Part shown: positions 15,391 to 64,000 of the stretch, piece after piece
How positions within the stretch are numbered: the first letter of the stretch is position 1
How the letters are laid out: each line of letters opens with the position of its first letter
NCBI RefSeq assembly: GCF_009914755.1
Contig: NC_060927.1
DNA from: the human T2T-CHM13v2.0 reference genome, Homo sapiens
DNA length: 64,000 nucleotides
Strand: one strand, 5' to 3'
Made by a program: the position numbers and the translations under genes
Notes under the pieces: model-generated
What the model was told of the DNA's origin: nothing
What the model saw: only the letters and a program-made list of their open reading frames with translations
Databases searched by the model: none

Positions 15391-16492
15391 GGCCAACACA
15401 GGACACCGCCGCGTGTCTCCGAGGACCGCGCCGCAGAGACCTCTGCCGTCTGGGCCGCGCCAATATAAACCAGCCGATTTCGTCACTGCGCTGCGCGCGA
15501 CGCTGACGTCAGGGCGTAGTGCGCGCGGGCGGAACCTACCCGCCTCGCTGCGGCGGGGGCGGAGCTGGCGCTGAAGAAACAGCGCATGCGTATAGCACAT
15601 AGTGGCCTTGTCACTGAGGAGCTGCCACTTCACGTCCCACCCCACACTCCCCGCAGGACCTCGGCCAGTTCAATTAACAGGCAAGGGTTTACTTCTACTG
15701 TCCCGCCGGGCTCCTCCCCAAAATAAAGAGACGTTGTTCACTAACATGTTGAAAAGACGTGCTTGTCATTCTTAATAAACAACTAGAGTAAGAATACATA
15801 AGAGAAACAGAGTGGTATCTTTATATGATACACAAGTGTATGTTACAAGAATTCCATCAGGCACAGGAGCCTCAGGTTTTAAGGCCTCAATGTTAGGCCA
15901 ACAAAAAAAAAAAAGGCATGGTAAAGTTTTTACTTTTACATCTAAAATGTCACTTGTCATAAAGGAGGGTGTAATAGAAATTGTCTTTAATAAATCATAA
16001 TTGAAGTTCCCCTCATTTTTCTTCCATTAAGATGCTAAGTTTATGTCTGATCATGAAGAAAGAAAAGAACATCGTTCCCCTGTGGTCAGCAAAGTCTGTC
16101 AGCCCAGTGGAAGTCGGCTGGGGAGATTCCCTCCAGGGTCCATCCATCATTAATTCCATCTCTCTTGAAGATGGAAAGGGGCCACATTTCTTTTCACAGT
16201 CCAAGCCCTTTCCCCAGGCCCCAGACAAAAAAGAGTCAGCCAGCAACTTTCTAGGACATATGACACTCAAGGAAACCCAGAGCCACCATCGGCTGAGGAG
16301 TCTGCCGCAGCAGGTTTATGAAGATGCAAAGGGGGCAAAGTTTTCTTTTATATTTTAAACAGAAGCAGCCTGAAAGGCTTCGTAACTACACCAATAAAAA
16401 AAAGAAAAAAAAAAAATGGAGGCCTCTTCTTTAGTGTGAAAGTCTGTCTGGTTTTTCCTGGCTGGTTTCTCTTGTGCCATGGCCAAGGCATC

Positions 16493-63076
<46,584 letters not shown>

Positions 63077-63644
63077 TTAGGGTTCCTAGAAATAAACAGA
63101 AGTCAAAATTATGTTACTGTTTTTAGCAGGAAATGCCCAGAAGCAATTACCCTTGCATAAGAGTGGAATATATTCAGGGCAGCTGTATACATATAGAATC
63201 AAAAAATAAAGTTTTATTATACCACCTTATTTTTTCAATTAATGGATGTTTGAAAATTATTTCTATTAACATTTCTTAAATAAAACTATCACACTGAAAA
63301 CAAAAAAACAAACACATGCTTCACAATACTGGATGAAACAGGCTGAAAACACACTTCCTACCCAGCACTAGGTCAATCCCATCTTCTCTGCAGAGCCAAG
63401 CACTGGACAGTAAATGTCACATGCAAAACTGCTCTGTGACCATCACAGAGAGGACACCAAGCAAGGAGGAAGCTAGGGGCAGGGATTCCTATGGATATGT
63501 TTTATTTCCAAGTATTTCCTACAGCAGAGATAGGTATGCCACCTAGTTGTGGCAAGACACAAGAGGCAGAGGATATGTTCTTCATCTCCCATCAGAAAAA
63601 CCAAAAATCCTATTTTGCCATGTGGTGCTCACATTCTTTTGCAA

Positions 63645-63880
63645 CACAGCTTACTACTGGTTAAAAGCATGGACTCTGGAGCCAGGCTGCCTGGGTTCAA
63701 ATCCCAACTTTATGTCTCCTTTATTATGTAACTCTAGAAAAGTCAATTAACCTTAGTTTTCTTGTGAGTAAATGGGGACACAATAGTACTTACCTCACAG
63801 TTGACATAAGGATTAAATAAGGCATTTAGAAAATCATCTAGCACATAGATAGCACTACAGAAATGTAACTAATACTATTA
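63645..63880 (+). mobile_element. MIR SINE
   Basis: ggttaaaagcatggactctggagccaggctgcctgggttcaaatccc...ccttagttttcttgtgagtaaatggggacacaatagtacttacctcacag...aggattaaataag. Confidence 0.85.
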
Positions 63881-64000
63881 AAATAATTCTGGAAAAAAGG
63901 TAAATAGTGCTTTAAATATCCAGGTCACTACTAAAATTCAGAAATAAATTCTACAAGTTTTCATCAGGTATTTAATTACCTTAAGAATTAACCTGCAGAC

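Overview
This is mammalian, almost certainly human, genomic DNA that I recognise as the WDR6-DALRD3-MIR425/MIR191-NDUFAF3-IMPDH2-QRICH1 cluster (3p21.31, from recall). Manual splicing at GT-AG sites gives complete CDSs for DALRD3 (-, 12 exons, 543 aa), NDUFAF3 (+, 5 exons, 184 aa), IMPDH2 (-, 14 exons, 514 aa) and QRICH1 (-, 9 coding exons, 776 aa), plus the last five coding exons of WDR6 (+). The first ~17 kb is gene-dense and GC-rich, with tiny introns and three CpG islands. The remaining ~47 kb is QRICH1 intron packed with Alus, older L1/L2/MIR/hAT fossils and a retroposed 28S rRNA 3' fragment. The most notable extra signals are: (1) a frame-preserving 72-nt cassette exon in IMPDH2 intron 9 that would insert 24 aa just after the catalytic cysteine; (2) overlapping convergent 3' ends of two tRNA anticodon-loop methylation cofactors (WDR6 and DALRD3); (3) an 8mer miR-425-5p site in the neighbouring QRICH1 3' UTR; (4) an open in-frame 70-codon extension upstream of the IMPDH2 ATG. 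No prokaryotic-type system is present, and most short ORFs in the track are Alu or GC-content artefacts.
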